DNA of 64,000 nucleotides from Vicugna vicugna (lineage: Eukaryota). The stretch is from positions 310,001-374,000 of the forward strand of contig MU062871.1 in the NCBI GenBank assembly GCA_013265495.1, given 5' to 3'. Shown here piece after piece: positions 1 to 56,679 of the stretch; position 1 is the first letter of the stretch, and each line of letters starts with the position of its first letter. The position numbers and the translations under genes are program-made. Below the pieces are notes generated by a model. That model was not told the origin of the DNA. It ran no database searches and saw nothing but the letters and a program-made list of their open reading frames with translations.

Positions 1-3000
1 AAGTGCACATGGAACATTTTCCAGGATCGATCATGTACTTGGACACAAAAGAAACCTCAACAAATTTAAGAAGATAGAAATTATCTCAAGCATCTTTACT
101 GACCACAATGCCATGAAACTGGAAATCAACAACAGAGAAACAAAGGAGAAAAAAAGAAAAGCATGGAGATTAAACAATATGTTATTGAAAAAACAATGGA
201 TCAATGAGGAAATCAAAGCTGAAATTAAAAAATACCTTGAGACAAATGATAATGAAAGCACAACCACTCAAAACCTATGGGACACAGCAAAGGCAGTGCT
301 AAGAGGGAAGTTTATAGCGATACAGGCCTTCCTCAAAAAAGAAGAACAATCTCAAATAAACAAGTTAACCCACCACCTGAATCAATTAGAAAAAGAAGAA
401 CAAAAAGCCCCAAAAAGCAGCAGAAGGAAGGAAATAATAAAGATCAGAGAGGAATTAAATACAATAGAGATTAACAAGACCATAGAAAAAATCAACCAAA
501 CCAAAAGCTGGTTTTTTGAAAAAGTAAATAAAATCGACAAACCTCTGGCCAAACTCACAAAGAAGAAAAAAGAGAGAGCACAAATTAGCAAAATAAGAAA
601 GGAAAATGGAGAAATTACAACAAACAAAATAGAAATACAGAATATCATACGAGAATATTATGAAAAACTATATGGAACCAAACTGGATAACCTAGAGGAG
701 ATGGACAAGTTTCTGGAAACATACTGTCCACCAAAACTGAATCAAGAAGAAACTGAACACTTGAACAATCCGATCACTAGAAAGGAAATAGAAATAGCAA
801 TTAAAAACCTCCCTACAAATAAAAGTCCAGGACCGGNNNNNNNNNNNNNNNNNNNNNNNNNNNNNNNNNNNNNNNNNNNNNNNNNNNNNNNNNNNNNNNN
901 NNNNNNNNNNNNNNNNNNNNNNNNNNNNNNNNNNNNNNNNNNNNNNNNNNNNNNNNNNNNNNNNNNNNNNNNNNNNNNNNNNNNNNNNNNNNNNNNNNNN
1001 NNNNNNNNNNNNNNNNNNNNNNNNNNNNNNNNNNNNNNNNNNNNNNNNNNNNNNNNNNNNNNNNNNNNNNNNNNNNNNNNNNNNNNNNNNNNNNNNNNNN
1101 NNNNNNNNNNNNNNNNNNNNNNNNNNNNNNNNNNNNNNNNNNNNNNNNNNNNNNNNNNNNNNNNNNNNNNNNNNNNNNNNNNNNNNNNNNNNNNNNNNNN
1201 NNNNNNNNNNNNNNNNNNNNNNNNNNNNNNNNNNNNNNNNNNNNNNNNNNNNNNNNNNNNNNNNNNNNNNNNNNNNNNNNNNNNNNNNNNNNNNNNNNNN
1301 NNNNNNNNNNNNNNNNNNNNNNNNNNNNNNNNNNNNNNNNNNNNNNACGGTGAAAAACTCAAANNNNNNNNNNNNNNNNNNNNNNNNNNNNNNNNNNNNN
1401 NNNNNNNNNNNNNNNNNNNNNNNNNNNNNNNNNNNNNNNNNNNNNNNNNNNNNNNNNNNNNNNNNNNNNNNNNNNNNNNNNNNNNNNNNNNNNNNNNNNN
1501 NNNNNNNNCATTATATGCTGACGACATGTTACTATATATAGAAAACCCTAAAAGGTCCACAAAAAAGCTACTAGAGCTGATCGAAGAATTCAGCAAGGTA
1601 GCAGGTTACAAAATTAATGTTCAAAAATCAGTTGCCTTTCTTTACACTAACGATAAATCAACAGAAAAAGAAAGTAAAGAAACAATCCCCTTTAAAATAG
1701 CACCCAAAGTAATAAAATATCTGGGAATAAATCTAACCAAGGAGGTGAAAGAATTATACACNNNNNNNNNNNNNNNNNNNNNNNNNNNNNNNNNNNNNNN
1801 NNNNNNNNNNNNNNNNNNNNNNNNNNNNNNNNNNNNNNNNNNNNNNNNNNNNNNNNNNNNNNNNNNNNNNNNNNNNNNNNNNNNNNNNNNNNNNNNNNNN
1901 NNNNNNNNNNNNNNNNNNNNATATTTCACAGAACTAGAACAAATCATAATAAAATTTATATGGAACCATCAAAGACCTAGAATTGCTAAAGCATTACTGA
2001 AGAGAAAGAAAGAGGCTGGAGGAATAACTCTCCCAGACTTCAGACAATACTATAGAGCTACAGTCATCAAGACAGCATGGTATTGGTACCAAAACAGACA
2101 TATAGACCAATGGAACAGAATAGAGAGCCCAGAAATGAACCCACAAACTTTTGGTCAACTCATCTTCGACAAAGGAGGCAAGAATATACAATGGAATAAA
2201 GACAGTCTCTTCAGCAAATGGTGTTGGGAAAACTGGACAGCAGCATGTAAAACAATGAAGCTAGAACACACCCTTACACCATATACAAAAATCAACTCAA
2301 AATGGATTAAAGACTTAAACATAAGACAAGATACAATAAACCTCCTAGAGGAAAACATAGGCAAAACATTATCTGACATACATTTCAAAAATTTTCTCCT
2401 AGAAGAAATAAAAGCAAGAATAAACAAATGGGACCTAATGAAACTTACAAGCTTCTGCAGAGCAAAGGAAACCAGAAATAAAACAAGAAGAAAACCTACG
2501 GAATGGGAGAAAATTTTTGCAAGTGAAACCGACAAAGGCTTGATCTCCAAAATATATAAGCAGCTCATACGACTCAATAAGAAAAAAATAAACAACCCAA
2601 TCCAAAAATGGGCAGAAGNNNNNNNNNNNNNNNNNNNNNNNNNNNNNNNNNNNNNNNNNNNNNNNNNNNNNNNNNNNNNNNNNNNNNNNNNNNNNNNNNN
2701 NNNNNNNNNNNNNNNNNNNNNNNNNNNNNNNNNNNNNNNNNNNNNNNNNNNNNNNNNNNNNNNNNNNNNNNNNNNNNNNNNNNNNNNNNNNNNNNNNNNN
2801 NNNNNNNNNNNNNNNNNNNNNNNNNNNNNNNNNNNNNNNNNNNNNNNNNNNNNNNNNNNNNNNNNNNNNNNNNNNNNNNNNNNNNNNNNNNNNNNCTTAC
2901 CATATGACCCAGGAATCCCACTCCTGGGCTTGTATCCAGAAGGAAATCTACTTCAGGANNNNNNNNNNNNNNNNNNNNNNNNNNNNNNNNNNNNNNNNNN

Positions 3001-3548
3001 NNNNNNNNNNNNNNNNNNNNNNNNNNNNNNNNNNNNNNNNNNNNNNNNNNNNNNNNNNNNNNNNNNNNNNNNNNNNNNNNNNNNNNNNNNNNNNNNNNNN
3101 NNNNNNNNNNNNNNNNNNNNNNNNNNNNNNNNNNNNNNNNNNNNNNNCATTCTAAGTGAAGTAAGCCAGAAAGAGAAAGAAAAATACCATATGAGATCGC
3201 TCATATGTGGAATCTAAAAAACAAAAACAAAAACAAACAAACAAACAAAAACAAAGCATGAATACAGGACAGAAATAGACTCATGGACAGAGAATACAGA
3301 CTTGTGGTTACCAGGGGGGCAGAGGGTGGGAAGGGATAGACTGGGATTTCAAAATTGTAGAATAGATAAACAAGATTACACTGTATAGCACAGGGAAATA
3401 TACACAAAATGTTATGATAAATCACAGAGAAAAAAATGTGACAATGAGTGTGTATATGTCCATGAATGACTGAAAAATTGTGCTGAACACTGGAATTTGA
3501 CACAACATTGTAAAATGATTATAAATCAATAAAAAATGTAAAAAAAAA
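1..3548 (+). mobile_element. Young LINE-1, 3' portion (5' end outside window), in PHKA2 intron 2, same strand as the gene
   Basis: ORF2, then a 3' UTR with (AAAC)n and a G-rich tract, AATAAA at 3528-3533 and an A-rich tail to 3548. Confidence 0.97.
2..3217 (+). CDS. LINE-1 ORF2p (endonuclease C-terminus, reverse transcriptase, C-terminal domain), 5'-partial
   Basis: The frame is open from base 2 ([16 protein letters not shown]...[11 protein letters not shown], endonuclease end) through KSPGP, GEKLK, LYADDM (RT catalytic motif), WCWENW and ILSEVSQ...SLICGI*. No stops in unmasked bases. Confidence 0.93.
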   Translation, partial: SAHGTFSRIDHVLGHKRNLNKFKKIEIISSIFTDHNAMKLEINNRETKEKKRKAWRLNNMLLKKQWINEEIKAEIKKYLETNDNESTTTQNLWDTAKAVLRGKFIAIQAFLKKEEQSQINKLTHHLNQLEKEEQKAPKSSRRKEIIKIREELNTIEINKTIEKINQTKSWFFEKVNKIDKPLAKLTKKKKERAQISKIRKENGEITTNKIEIQNIIREYYEKLYGTKLDNLEEMDKFLETYCPPKLNQEETEHLNNPITRKEIEIAIKNLPTNKSPGPXXXXXXXXXXXXXXXXXXXXXXXXXXXXXXXXXXXXXXXXXXXXXXXXXXXXXXXXXXXXXXXXXXXXXXXXXXXXXXXXXXXXXXXXXXXXXXXXXXXXXXXXXXXXXXXXXXXXXXXXXXXXXXXXXXXXXXXXXXXXXXXXXXXXXXXXXXXXXXXXXXXXXXXXXXXGEKLKXXXXXXXXXXXXXXXXXXXXXXXXXXXXXXXXXXXXXXXXXXXXXXXXXLYADDMLLYIENPKRSTKKLLELIEEFSKVAGYKINVQKSVAFLYTNDKSTEKESKETIPFKIAPKVIKYLGINLTKEVKELYXXXXXXXXXXXXXXXXXXXXXXXXXXXXXXXXXXXXXXXXXXXXXXXXXXXXXXYFTELEQIIIKFIWNHQRPRIAKALLKRKKEAGGITLPDFRQYYRATVIKTAWYWYQNRHIDQWNRIESPEMNPQTFGQLIFDKGGKNIQWNKDSLFSKWCWENWTAACKTMKLEHTLTPYTKINSKWIKDLNIRQDTINLLEENIGKTLSDIHFKNFLLEEIKARINKWDLMKLTSFCRAKETRNKTRRKPTEWEKIFASETDKGLISKIYKQLIRLNKKKINNPIQKWAEXXXXXXXXXXXXXXXXXXXXXXXXXXXXXXXXXXXXXXXXXXXXXXXXXXXXXXXXXXXXXXXXXXXXXXXXXXXXXXXXXXXXXXXXXXXXXLPYDPGIPLLGLYPEGNLLQXXXXXXXXXXXXXXXXXXXXXXXXXXXXXXXXXXXXXXXXXXXXXXXXXXXXXXXXXXXXXXXXILSEVSQKEKEKYHMRSLICGI

Positions 3549-3660
3549 GAATCAACAGAATGCAGTAAATACAATCATAAAGGACAGTAAAATGTGCTTA
3601 CACATATTCAAGAAATTAATCATCTAAGTTATAAATAATATGTAGTTCACTTGTGTCATT

Positions 3661-3926
3661 TTTTTTAGATTCCACATATAAGCGATACTACATGACATTT
3701 TTCTTTCTCTTTCTGACTTACTTCACTTAGAANNNNNNNNNNNNNNNNNNNNNNNNNNNNNNNNNNNNNNNNNNNNNNNNNNNNNNNNNNNNNNNNNNNN
3801 NNNNNNNNNNNNNNNNNNNNNNNNNNNNNNNNNNNNNNNNNNNNNNNNNNNNNNNNNNNNNNNNNNNNNNNNNNNNNNNNNNNNNNNNNNNNNNNNNNNN
3901 NNNNNNNNNNNNNNNNNNNNNNNNNN
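3661..3926 (-). mobile_element. Antisense LINE-1 fragment (ORF2 C-terminus), partly masked
   Basis: The minus strand encodes [21 protein letters not shown]; N-run at 3733-3926. Confidence 0.9.
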
Positions 3927-4110
3927 TGAATTATATAAGAATGGGTAGCTTCTTTTAAAATGTGTACAGCAAGCACTAAATGCTCCTTCAAGAAGTTGGA
4001 TGACTATTACATAAGGGAATCATTCATTTAACAGTATAATTTGATGTTGATGTTCTCCAAACTTTCTATCATCCTCTGAGACAAAACCGAAGTAAAGCCA
4101 TGCCTTGCAT

Positions 4111-4146
4111 GCACACGCACACACACGCACACACACACACACACAC
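4111..4146. repeat. (CA)n microsatellite, imperfect
   Basis: gcacacgcacacacacgcacacacacacacacacac. Confidence 0.9.
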
Positions 4147-4312
4147 CCTCTACCTTTCCCCTGTAAGCAATTTCTGAGTGGGTTAGATTTGTCATTCTGT
4201 GACTGATGATGGCAAAGCACTAACAGGCCACATTGTTTGATTTGTTGAGTGTAGTTATATAACTAAAGTAGACTTAATCTCCCTAAATTATGGAAAATAG
4301 CACGGGCTCGTC

Positions 4313-4549
4313 CAGTGATCCTCAACAGAGACACCATTGCCTTTGGGGCTTAGGCAGTATAGTTATTCATTGTGTGGGACTGCCCCATGTGTTGCAGGAC
4401 ACGTAGAGTCCTTGGTCCTTACTCATTAAATGCCCATAGCCCCCGCCCCCCTACGGTGACAGTAAAAATGCATCTACCCCCACATTTCCAGATGTGCCCC
4501 CTACCCCCAACCCGGGGATGGTAGTGTCACCCTCAGTTGGGAACCACTG
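4313..4549. mobile_element. MER20-like hAT-Charlie MITE, diverged
   Basis: Termini cagtgatcctcaac...gttgggaaccactg; internal tgtgggactgccccatgtgttgcagga motif. Confidence 0.7.
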
Positions 4550-5029
4550 TGCTTCTTCACAATGGAAAATAACTTTTCTTTATTTGAGGGGAAGTCAGTT
4601 GACAAATGTTTATGCCACACACTGTAGGAAATGTTAATTGTAAGTGTTGACTATACCTTTTAATTATGAGGGAATATTTTCTGCCTCAAAAGAGTTTATG
4701 ACATACAATGAGATTATACTCTAGAATCCTAGGATCTTAGAGGTAGAAGAATCTGAAGGGTGATCCATTCCAGACTTTTCTCTGGCAGTTAACTTCCATG
4801 GTGCTGCTTCTCCTGCAAACCTTGTACGTTCTGTAAGGGAGGCAATGCTGATGGCCCTGGGTGGGAACTTCTTTCAGCCAGTCTACTTTGACCTAAAAAT
4901 ATCCCATTCTCCAGCCCCTTGTGGAGTAGTTTTAGAGTTTGTTTAATAGGACTTATGAAGACCAGTCTTACAATGGGCCTGAATTGTGGAGGAAGTGGGA
5001 GGTAACATAGTGTATCAACTAGGAACTCA

Positions 5030-5225
5030 AACTCTGCAGTCAGTCGGCCTGGGCTCCGTCCTTGCTCCACCCCCTGCCAGCTGGGAGACTTTAGCAATGT
5101 TGCTTCATCTCTCTCAGCCACAGGTTCCTCATCTATAAAGTGGGGAAACAATAATACCCACCTCATAAGGTTGTTGCAAGAATTAGTGAGAATCCAGGTA
5201 AAGTGTTTTGTACAAAACTGGGGCA
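5030..5225 (+). mobile_element. MIR SINE
   Basis: MIR core cctcatctataaagtgggg...aatacccacctcataaggttgttgcaagaatta. Confidence 0.7.
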
Positions 5226-5768
5226 GAATGTCTGATTATCATAGCATTGTTATTATTTATAATGATAATAATTATAATAATTGTTTCCAGTACATATTAT
5301 TAAGAAGCCTTGGCAGCTACTTGCATACTGGAAGAACTTTACTCAATAGTTCAGTAATGGTGTCACAAATGGCTATTTTGGCAAAACATCATTACTCTGG
5401 GGCAGGTATGGTGGACTTAATTCATCCTTAGCATAACAAAAATAAATTACTAAGAATTGTGACATAAAGCTCCAGGGTGCTAGGCTTATAAAAATTGTCT
5501 TGCTAAAATAGCAGGATCCAGTGATTTCAGAGTGAGGTGGTACCATCTGGTCCAGCTTCTTTATTTGAGATAAGTCTCTTCGTCAGGATTTTCTTTGTGA
5601 TGGAGTGGAGAGCTAGAAATAATCTAAATCATCAGAATGCTTGTACATGCCCGGTTCTGCCTTCTCGGGGAAGGCTCCACGCGGCACTGGTTTGCCAGCC
5701 ACGTGATAAGGAGGTTTTCATGGAGCAGGGAAGCTGCCCTTGTAACTGATCCCACTTTATTTCCGTAG

Positions 5769-50416
<44,648 letters not shown>

Positions 50417-52000
50417 GGCCCCAGCACGCTGCCTCTGTCATTTGCTCCCCAACCTCCTGAGAACTTTCTTCTGTTCCGCAAGATCCCCTGTGCTGTGACA
50501 AAAGCATGTCCCATCAGAAACACTGGCAGGGAGGAGATGGCAGTGACAGACCTGAAAGCAGTATTCATCCAAGCCACAGAAAGAGCCGCTGAGTCCTGTG
50601 CTCCCCTGAGGAGCGCCCTGGGATCGTTGTCTGCATTCATTTCGCTGGAATATTTGTTACAGCATCTGGTTTCCTGGAGTCTGAGGAGGAATTGGAAATT
50701 GGTCTCTTTTGAGTGCAGAGGGAACTGAGAAGGCAGCTTCAATCAGCTCCCGCAGTTACCAAAACACGTCTGATGAGCTAGTGACACATCTTAGAGATGG
50801 AAAGATCCTTCCAGTAGTGGCGGACCTTGACAAAGGGAACATCTTAACAGGATGCAGTCTATCTGTGGACCAAATAGAACAACCCCTTCTGTGTAAGTTT
50901 GGTTTTCTTGTGCCTTGCTTTCTTTCGTGGCTTCTTGTTTTATTGCCATTGCTCCCTTCATGTGACATAATTCTCTTTCACCAAGATTTAGAAAATTGCT
51001 CCCAGTTAACTTTGCCTTATAGTCTTTCAGGGTTTTATCTTGGCCACCCATGAATTAGGGGTTTCTCCTGCTTTATGAAAAATCCCACATCTTCCAGAAT
51101 CTAACCCTCCAAAAGGCTGGGGAGGAGCCAACTGTGCTAGCTGGGCCAACTGTTGTTTGGGGGCTGGTGCAGGCCGAGACCCCCTGTGCCCTGCCACCCC
51201 GACATGGGGTGACGGCTGGCAGGGAGCGGCACTTTCCCTGTGTTCTGGGAGAGCCACACGCGTCTGCAGCACCAGATGTGCAGAAACAGTGCTCCCCTCT
51301 ATGACAGAGCCAAGCTGGGGCCTCGAGCCCTCCTCACAGAAGCACTTTGGCCCTGGGGACGCTCTCAGGTAGTTGTGGTTGGAGGCTTTGATTATAGAGG
51401 AGCAAGGATGAGCCCTGATAGGGCAGGACCTTGGCCATCTCTGCCCACGTCCTGGTGGATGGAGCTTCTCTCCAGGTGTTGGGGCGGGAGGAGGACCATA
51501 CCCAAGAGGGAAAACCCTTTCTGTGACTAATGGACTTTAAAAGGACAGTCGCCAGGTGGCCTCATGGTGAGCTCTAGCTGGTTGAGAGTCATGGCTTAAA
51601 TTTGTGATGGCTGTGCCTCTGAAATGGAAACTTGGCCTTTGGATCTTTGCTCGGAAGTTTGCATGACGGTGGAGAAAGCCTATGCTCTAGCTGCTCTGAG
51701 GGGACAGCAAGGGGCCCAGGGCCCCTCGAGTTTTGATGCAGTAGGAACCAGAATTGAAGCCAAGGAAAGGCAGGAGGGAAGCCTCCCGTTTCCTGATGTT
51801 TCCTGCTAAAGAGCCTCTCTTCAAGCCACATACTTCACAGTTGCCCCTGGGAGAGAGTCTGGAACACAGGCCTCAGCACCCTTACCCATGGGTTCTGCAC
51901 AGGCACCATTTACACAGGCCTTCAACGCCTTCGTTTTCCTATCTCTCTGAAACCACAATATTTTCCTTGCTGAGGTACAGAGTAGTTACGTAAAGAAAAA
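50417..52000 (+). other. PHKA2: PHKA2 3' UTR (3' end approximate)
   Basis: Directly follows the stop codon. No canonical AATAAA/ATTAAA was found nearby, so the end coordinate is an estimate. Confidence 0.5.
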
Positions 52001-55000
52001 GTCCGTGAACTCTCTCCCAGTTTCTGCTCCAGTGGACTCCTGCATCCCCCTATTCCTATTAATGTCAGCCTATGACACCTCCCTCCATTCATCAGCACAG
52101 GTGGGATGCCCTGTGCCAGATGTGCGAATGCAGTGATAAGTGAGATGCGACTCAGCACTCAAGGACCTCATCCCACAGAGGAAGGGTGATGGGAACAGAG
52201 GACCAGGTTTTAGTGTGGTGGGGACAGTGTGACAGAGTCAGATGAGGTGCTGGACGGGAAGGCAGCACTGGCGCTGGGGGCCGATCCCAGAGACAGTGTG
52301 GGTGGCCTGGCCAGCAGCTCCTGCCTGCACCCTGGAGCTCCTGCAGTGCCTGGAACACCCCGTCCCTGCCCCATCTTCCCTGGGAAGGTTCTTGGCTCCT
52401 ATTTGCCTTGGAGGGTCCAGGGAGGTCACAGCCTTTAGTTTTGGTGTCTTTAAGACTTGCCTGACATAAACAAGACTTGTGTCATTCACCCGACAGACAC
52501 TCTGGTGGATCATTTCAAACACACATAATACAAGAAAGGTACAAGCCGTGAAAGGCCCAGGTGCTTCTGGGCGAAGGCTCGGGAAGAGTTACAGCCCTCC
52601 AGAATGAGCCAGGTGCTAATTTAGAACAATCACCTGCCTGTGGCTGACGTGCAAAGCCGCAGATGCCGTGTTTGGGCTCACCAACCGAGACGCGGTCAGG
52701 AGAAGAGCCATAATAAGCAATTCAGCCGAGCCTTCGATCCACTCTTTTGAAACCTCTTTCAAATGAAATCCTGAAATAGTATCGCATTTCCACAGGCATC
52801 AAGCTGTCAGCTTTAAAGAAGAGCAGGCTTCTGAGGCTTGATCCCTTTCCTGAGCAGCTGAGGCCCACGCGGAGGGGAGGAACAGATGTACGAGGGGGAG
52901 GGGAGAGGCCTGTCCTGCCCACCAGCATCCTGGTTGGCCGGGTTTCCCCACTAGGAGCCCCTGGTGCCTCGCATCAGGGCGGCAGTAGGGGCGGGGTGCT
53001 CTTTCCTCTCTCCCTCCCCAGAGCAGAGAGGCCAGTTGTGACCTTCGCTGGCACTGGGGATGGGGTGTCCTGTCTCAGAGCCAGGAACAGACATTTCTTG
53101 TCACGTCCTCAGTTGAAAAGCAGCTGCCGCCCACCCACCGCTCGCCCTGGCTCTGACCCAGGGGGCCCCAGCAGCAAGGACAAAGGTTCCATCAGATAGT
53201 CAGAAGGACTAGCCTCCCCTCCTGGCACCAACACCAGCAGCTCCATGACCCGGGCTGTTATTTAGCCTCTGTGGGCCTCAGTTTGCCCATCTGTCAAATG
53301 TGCAAGAGTCCCACAAACTCACGCTGAACTAAGTGCAAGCAAGGCACAGGAACTCCCCCAGCTTCCCTGCCTTTGGAGGTGGGGCCCGGGGCTTCCAGGT
53401 CACAGGACACCAGATCTGCCTGATGGCAACACAGGCCAGGCTGGGGGAGGCTCTGCGGTCATGCCGGTGTCTCCCCAGTGGACGTCTGGCTGGAGGTCAG
53501 TTAGAGCTTCTGTAGCTCTTTTGAGGCACAGTGAACAAACAGAGCGTTCGCTACACAATAACTACCTGGAAAAAAGAGGTTATAAATGCTCCTCGAGTGA
53601 AAAAAGAAAGAAAAAAGACCAGAAGATTGGGAGGCAAGAGAAACAGTTTGTCAGTTGATTGATGCCAGTTGACTGATGCCATTTCAATAGGAGGCTCGGC
53701 CTCTCTTGATGTAAATTCCAGCGGAACACCTCTCAGTTCTATTGACTTGCACACAAGTCTGGCAAATTGCTTTTGTCTTCCCTGCTTCCTTGTTGTCACA
53801 GGGTACAGAAGCCTCCTACCCCCTCCCTTGGCGCCATTATCTTTCAAGGTGACTCTTAAGCTTTTGAAGTCCCTGCCATCTGTTCCGTACAGCTCTGCAC
53901 TTTGTGTGTTCCCAGAATGCCTTCTGTTCTCTCGGACTTGGCCACTGATAGCTCTGCTTGTGAGGGGAAAGCAAAGCCACAGTGCTGCCTTCTTAGAGCC
54001 CAGCATCCCTCTTGCCCCCTCAAAGCCATCTAGGAAACACCGTGTCCTTAAGTTACCAAGAGAGTTCTCCAAGGAACAAGATCTGAACTGCGAGAAAGAT
54101 TGTTCACAAAGCTAATGCACAGAGTGTCTGATGGTTTGGGAGAGGAAAAAATTCCATCAGAAAACAACTATGTATGTTTTTAAGGAACATATGTGCAATT
54201 TTGGCAAAAATGCCTTCTTAGAAGGACTGGAATCATTGGAACCAATGAACTCTCAAGTCACATGATTCATCCCTCTGCCTTGTTGCAATATGTCAAGTAT
54301 TCTGAAAAATCAGTTTACTCGAGAAAGCACTAACTGGGCCTATTACTGGCCAGGCATGGCTCGGCTTACAGAATATGGACTAGTGTGGCGGGGATGAAAA
54401 AACGCCTGTCTTGTTTTAAGACCTCTAAGGAGGCACGTTGTCCCCGCCTTCCATGGAAACGTTCCTAGCACTGGTCCTTCAGGACAACCACGCCTCAAAC
54501 CTAGATCCTGAGTGGCTCTGGCCCCTCTCAGTGCAGCGGCTGCCAGCCACTTCTGCCTCCAGCTGGTGGGCTGAGGACCCAGGTTTTGCCAAGGGCACGG
54601 CTTTGAGTTGTCCAAGTAGGACCAAGCTGTATCTGAACCAGGCCCAGGGCAATGGTTGCACCTTTCATTTTTCCTGTTTGAAAGACCTTTCCAGATGCAA
54701 ACCCAGGTTAGCCTGTCCAAGGAGAATTCACAGTCACTGGCTCTATTCTCTCATGGCCCGTGTCACCTTTCGCTACCATGTCACAGTTTTTAGTTGCAAC
54801 TTACAGCAAATCTAGCTGGTTAGGAAATGTGTTTCTTAAAGGATATTGGATAAGTCACATGATCATCAAGCTTGGCGACTCCCTGACCAAGAACAAGGCC
54901 TCAAGGTCGCTCCCAGGCTCACACCACAGATGCCCCCAATGCCAACCACTGTCACTAGGAGCCTCGCCTCTGCTTTTTCAGGCACTAAATATAGAGGCTG

Positions 55001-56679
55001 CCACCTGTCACCAGAGTAGATTTCACACAGCCTCTAGCTGTCAAGTCAGACTCCGCCAGGTGTGTTGCATCAGCTGAGGGCTTGCCAGCTGAAAGGGAGT
55101 TTGGAAAAGCCAGTGTCTGAGTTCCCCCTTCTCAAGGGGAGGTGGGGCCAGCTTCATAATTTAGGGGACCCCCAGACCCAGGAAGGGGGTTCAGATGCTT
55201 AGCATCCAAAACTAAATACCCACCACAGCCAGAACCCTTGGCTTGTGTTCCTTTGTCCAGAGGACATGTGATCCCCCAGGGTCTGCCCTCTGGGGAGGCT
55301 TGTGCAGCGGGAGCCGAGGGCACACAGGGTGCCCCCAGGCATGCGGAGGGCCTCCCAGTGCCCCCTCTGGGCTCAAGCTGGGCCAATCGCAGCTTCTCTC
55401 TTTGGGTAGAAATGTTCCTAAATTGTGGTGGCTGGGGTGCCGCTGCTGCCTGGCCTGCCTGCCCAGCACCACCTCCTGCCGCTCAGCTTCCGGCTCACCA
55501 GCCCAGCCCTGGTAGCCTTTTCCTGGACCCTGAGTGACAGCCTGCCTGGGTTGAAGATGCAAATGATTGTCACATCTTTCCTTCTAAGTCTTTAGCCAGC
55601 TGGGGGATTTAAAAATAAAGAGTTGGAACTGATTCGAGGTGTAAGCCTCTCTCCTGACAGTGTGAATAAATTCCCCCAGCTGTCACCAAGGCCTGTTCCC
55701 AAGTTCTCACAGGCATCCGAGCCACTCTCTCCTGGGCTCAAGGGAGCCCAGCAGCAGAGGCGCGTCGGCCTCTGGCGCTCCCCTCCCTCCCTCCCTCTCT
55801 CCCTCTGAGGCAGCTCCTGCCACAGTGCTCTCTCCCTCATTAACCACAGAGCTCCATCTGGAGCGAAGACAGTCCATCAGGCGCCGAGGCGGCAGAGGCA
55901 GCTCTCTGTGCCTGGAGACGAAACCCAGCTCAGCGGCCAGGGGGTGCAGAGCACTGGGGCCTGAGCTGACCTTGCAGCCCGAATCTCCCAAAAAGTCTCT
56001 GGGCTCTTCATCCCCCAGAGCAGCAAGCCACCTTGTGCTCAGGTAATCACACACACACCCCTCCATGGGTTTCTGTCCCCAGGCCCCGAGTGAGACTGCG
56101 GGTGGCTAGGCCTGTGCTCGGCAGGCTGGGGCGCAGCAGCCCACGCCCAGTAGGGCAAGAAACAAAATAAGCAAGTCTTTGGGAGAGAGGAGTCAAATCA
56201 GAGCCCAGAGCTGAGAAGGGTTCGCTCTGAGCATGCGGCTTGGGGAGGCTCTGCAGAGTAAGCGTACCTCCCCCAGCACCAGGACCGCCCTGGTTCCTCA
56301 ACGACAACGGCTCAGGGGGAAGAGGGCTCCCCCCATGCTGCTCCAAAGGATTTACGTGGGAGCATGCTGACTCGAGCAAGCCCTACCCTGGTGTGATGCT
56401 CCCCACCACACTGCCCAGAGCAGGTCAAGGGTGAGTGAAACATCCACCTGTAAAATGTTCTGGATGACAGAACAAGAGCTTCTCGAGAATATCCATCAGT
56501 ATTAGACAGTGGCCTACAGACGTCTAAACACTGTGTGTGCGTGCGTGTATGTGCGCAGGGCCAAGCCCATCTCCCTGTCTCTCTGCAGCTCCCCCAAGGG
56601 GGCTGAGAAACCAACCCCCGACTCCTCCCTCCCTCTCCTGGCCCAGACAATAAACAAATGATCTATTTGACACATAATG

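Noticed and set aside
31-2595. Hydrophobic minus-strand ORFs opposite L1 ORF2 (31-267, 382-648, 742-1596, 2155-2595)
   Set aside because: These are the expected reverse-frame reads of A-rich L1 coding sequence, partly extended by N-runs.
53551-54115. Overlapping 173-aa (minus) and 148-aa (plus) ORFs downstream of PHKA2, with a good acceptor (tgtcacag) near 53800
   Set aside because: No recognisable domain, no clear codon bias and no paired donor or exon chain. It could be a lncRNA exon, but the sequence alone cannot support that.
55700-56150. GC-rich patch with several CpGs and a 7-bp stem (cagaggc...gcctctg) as a possible promoter or CpG island
   Set aside because: Short, with modest CpG density by eye and no core promoter pattern. 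Not enough support.
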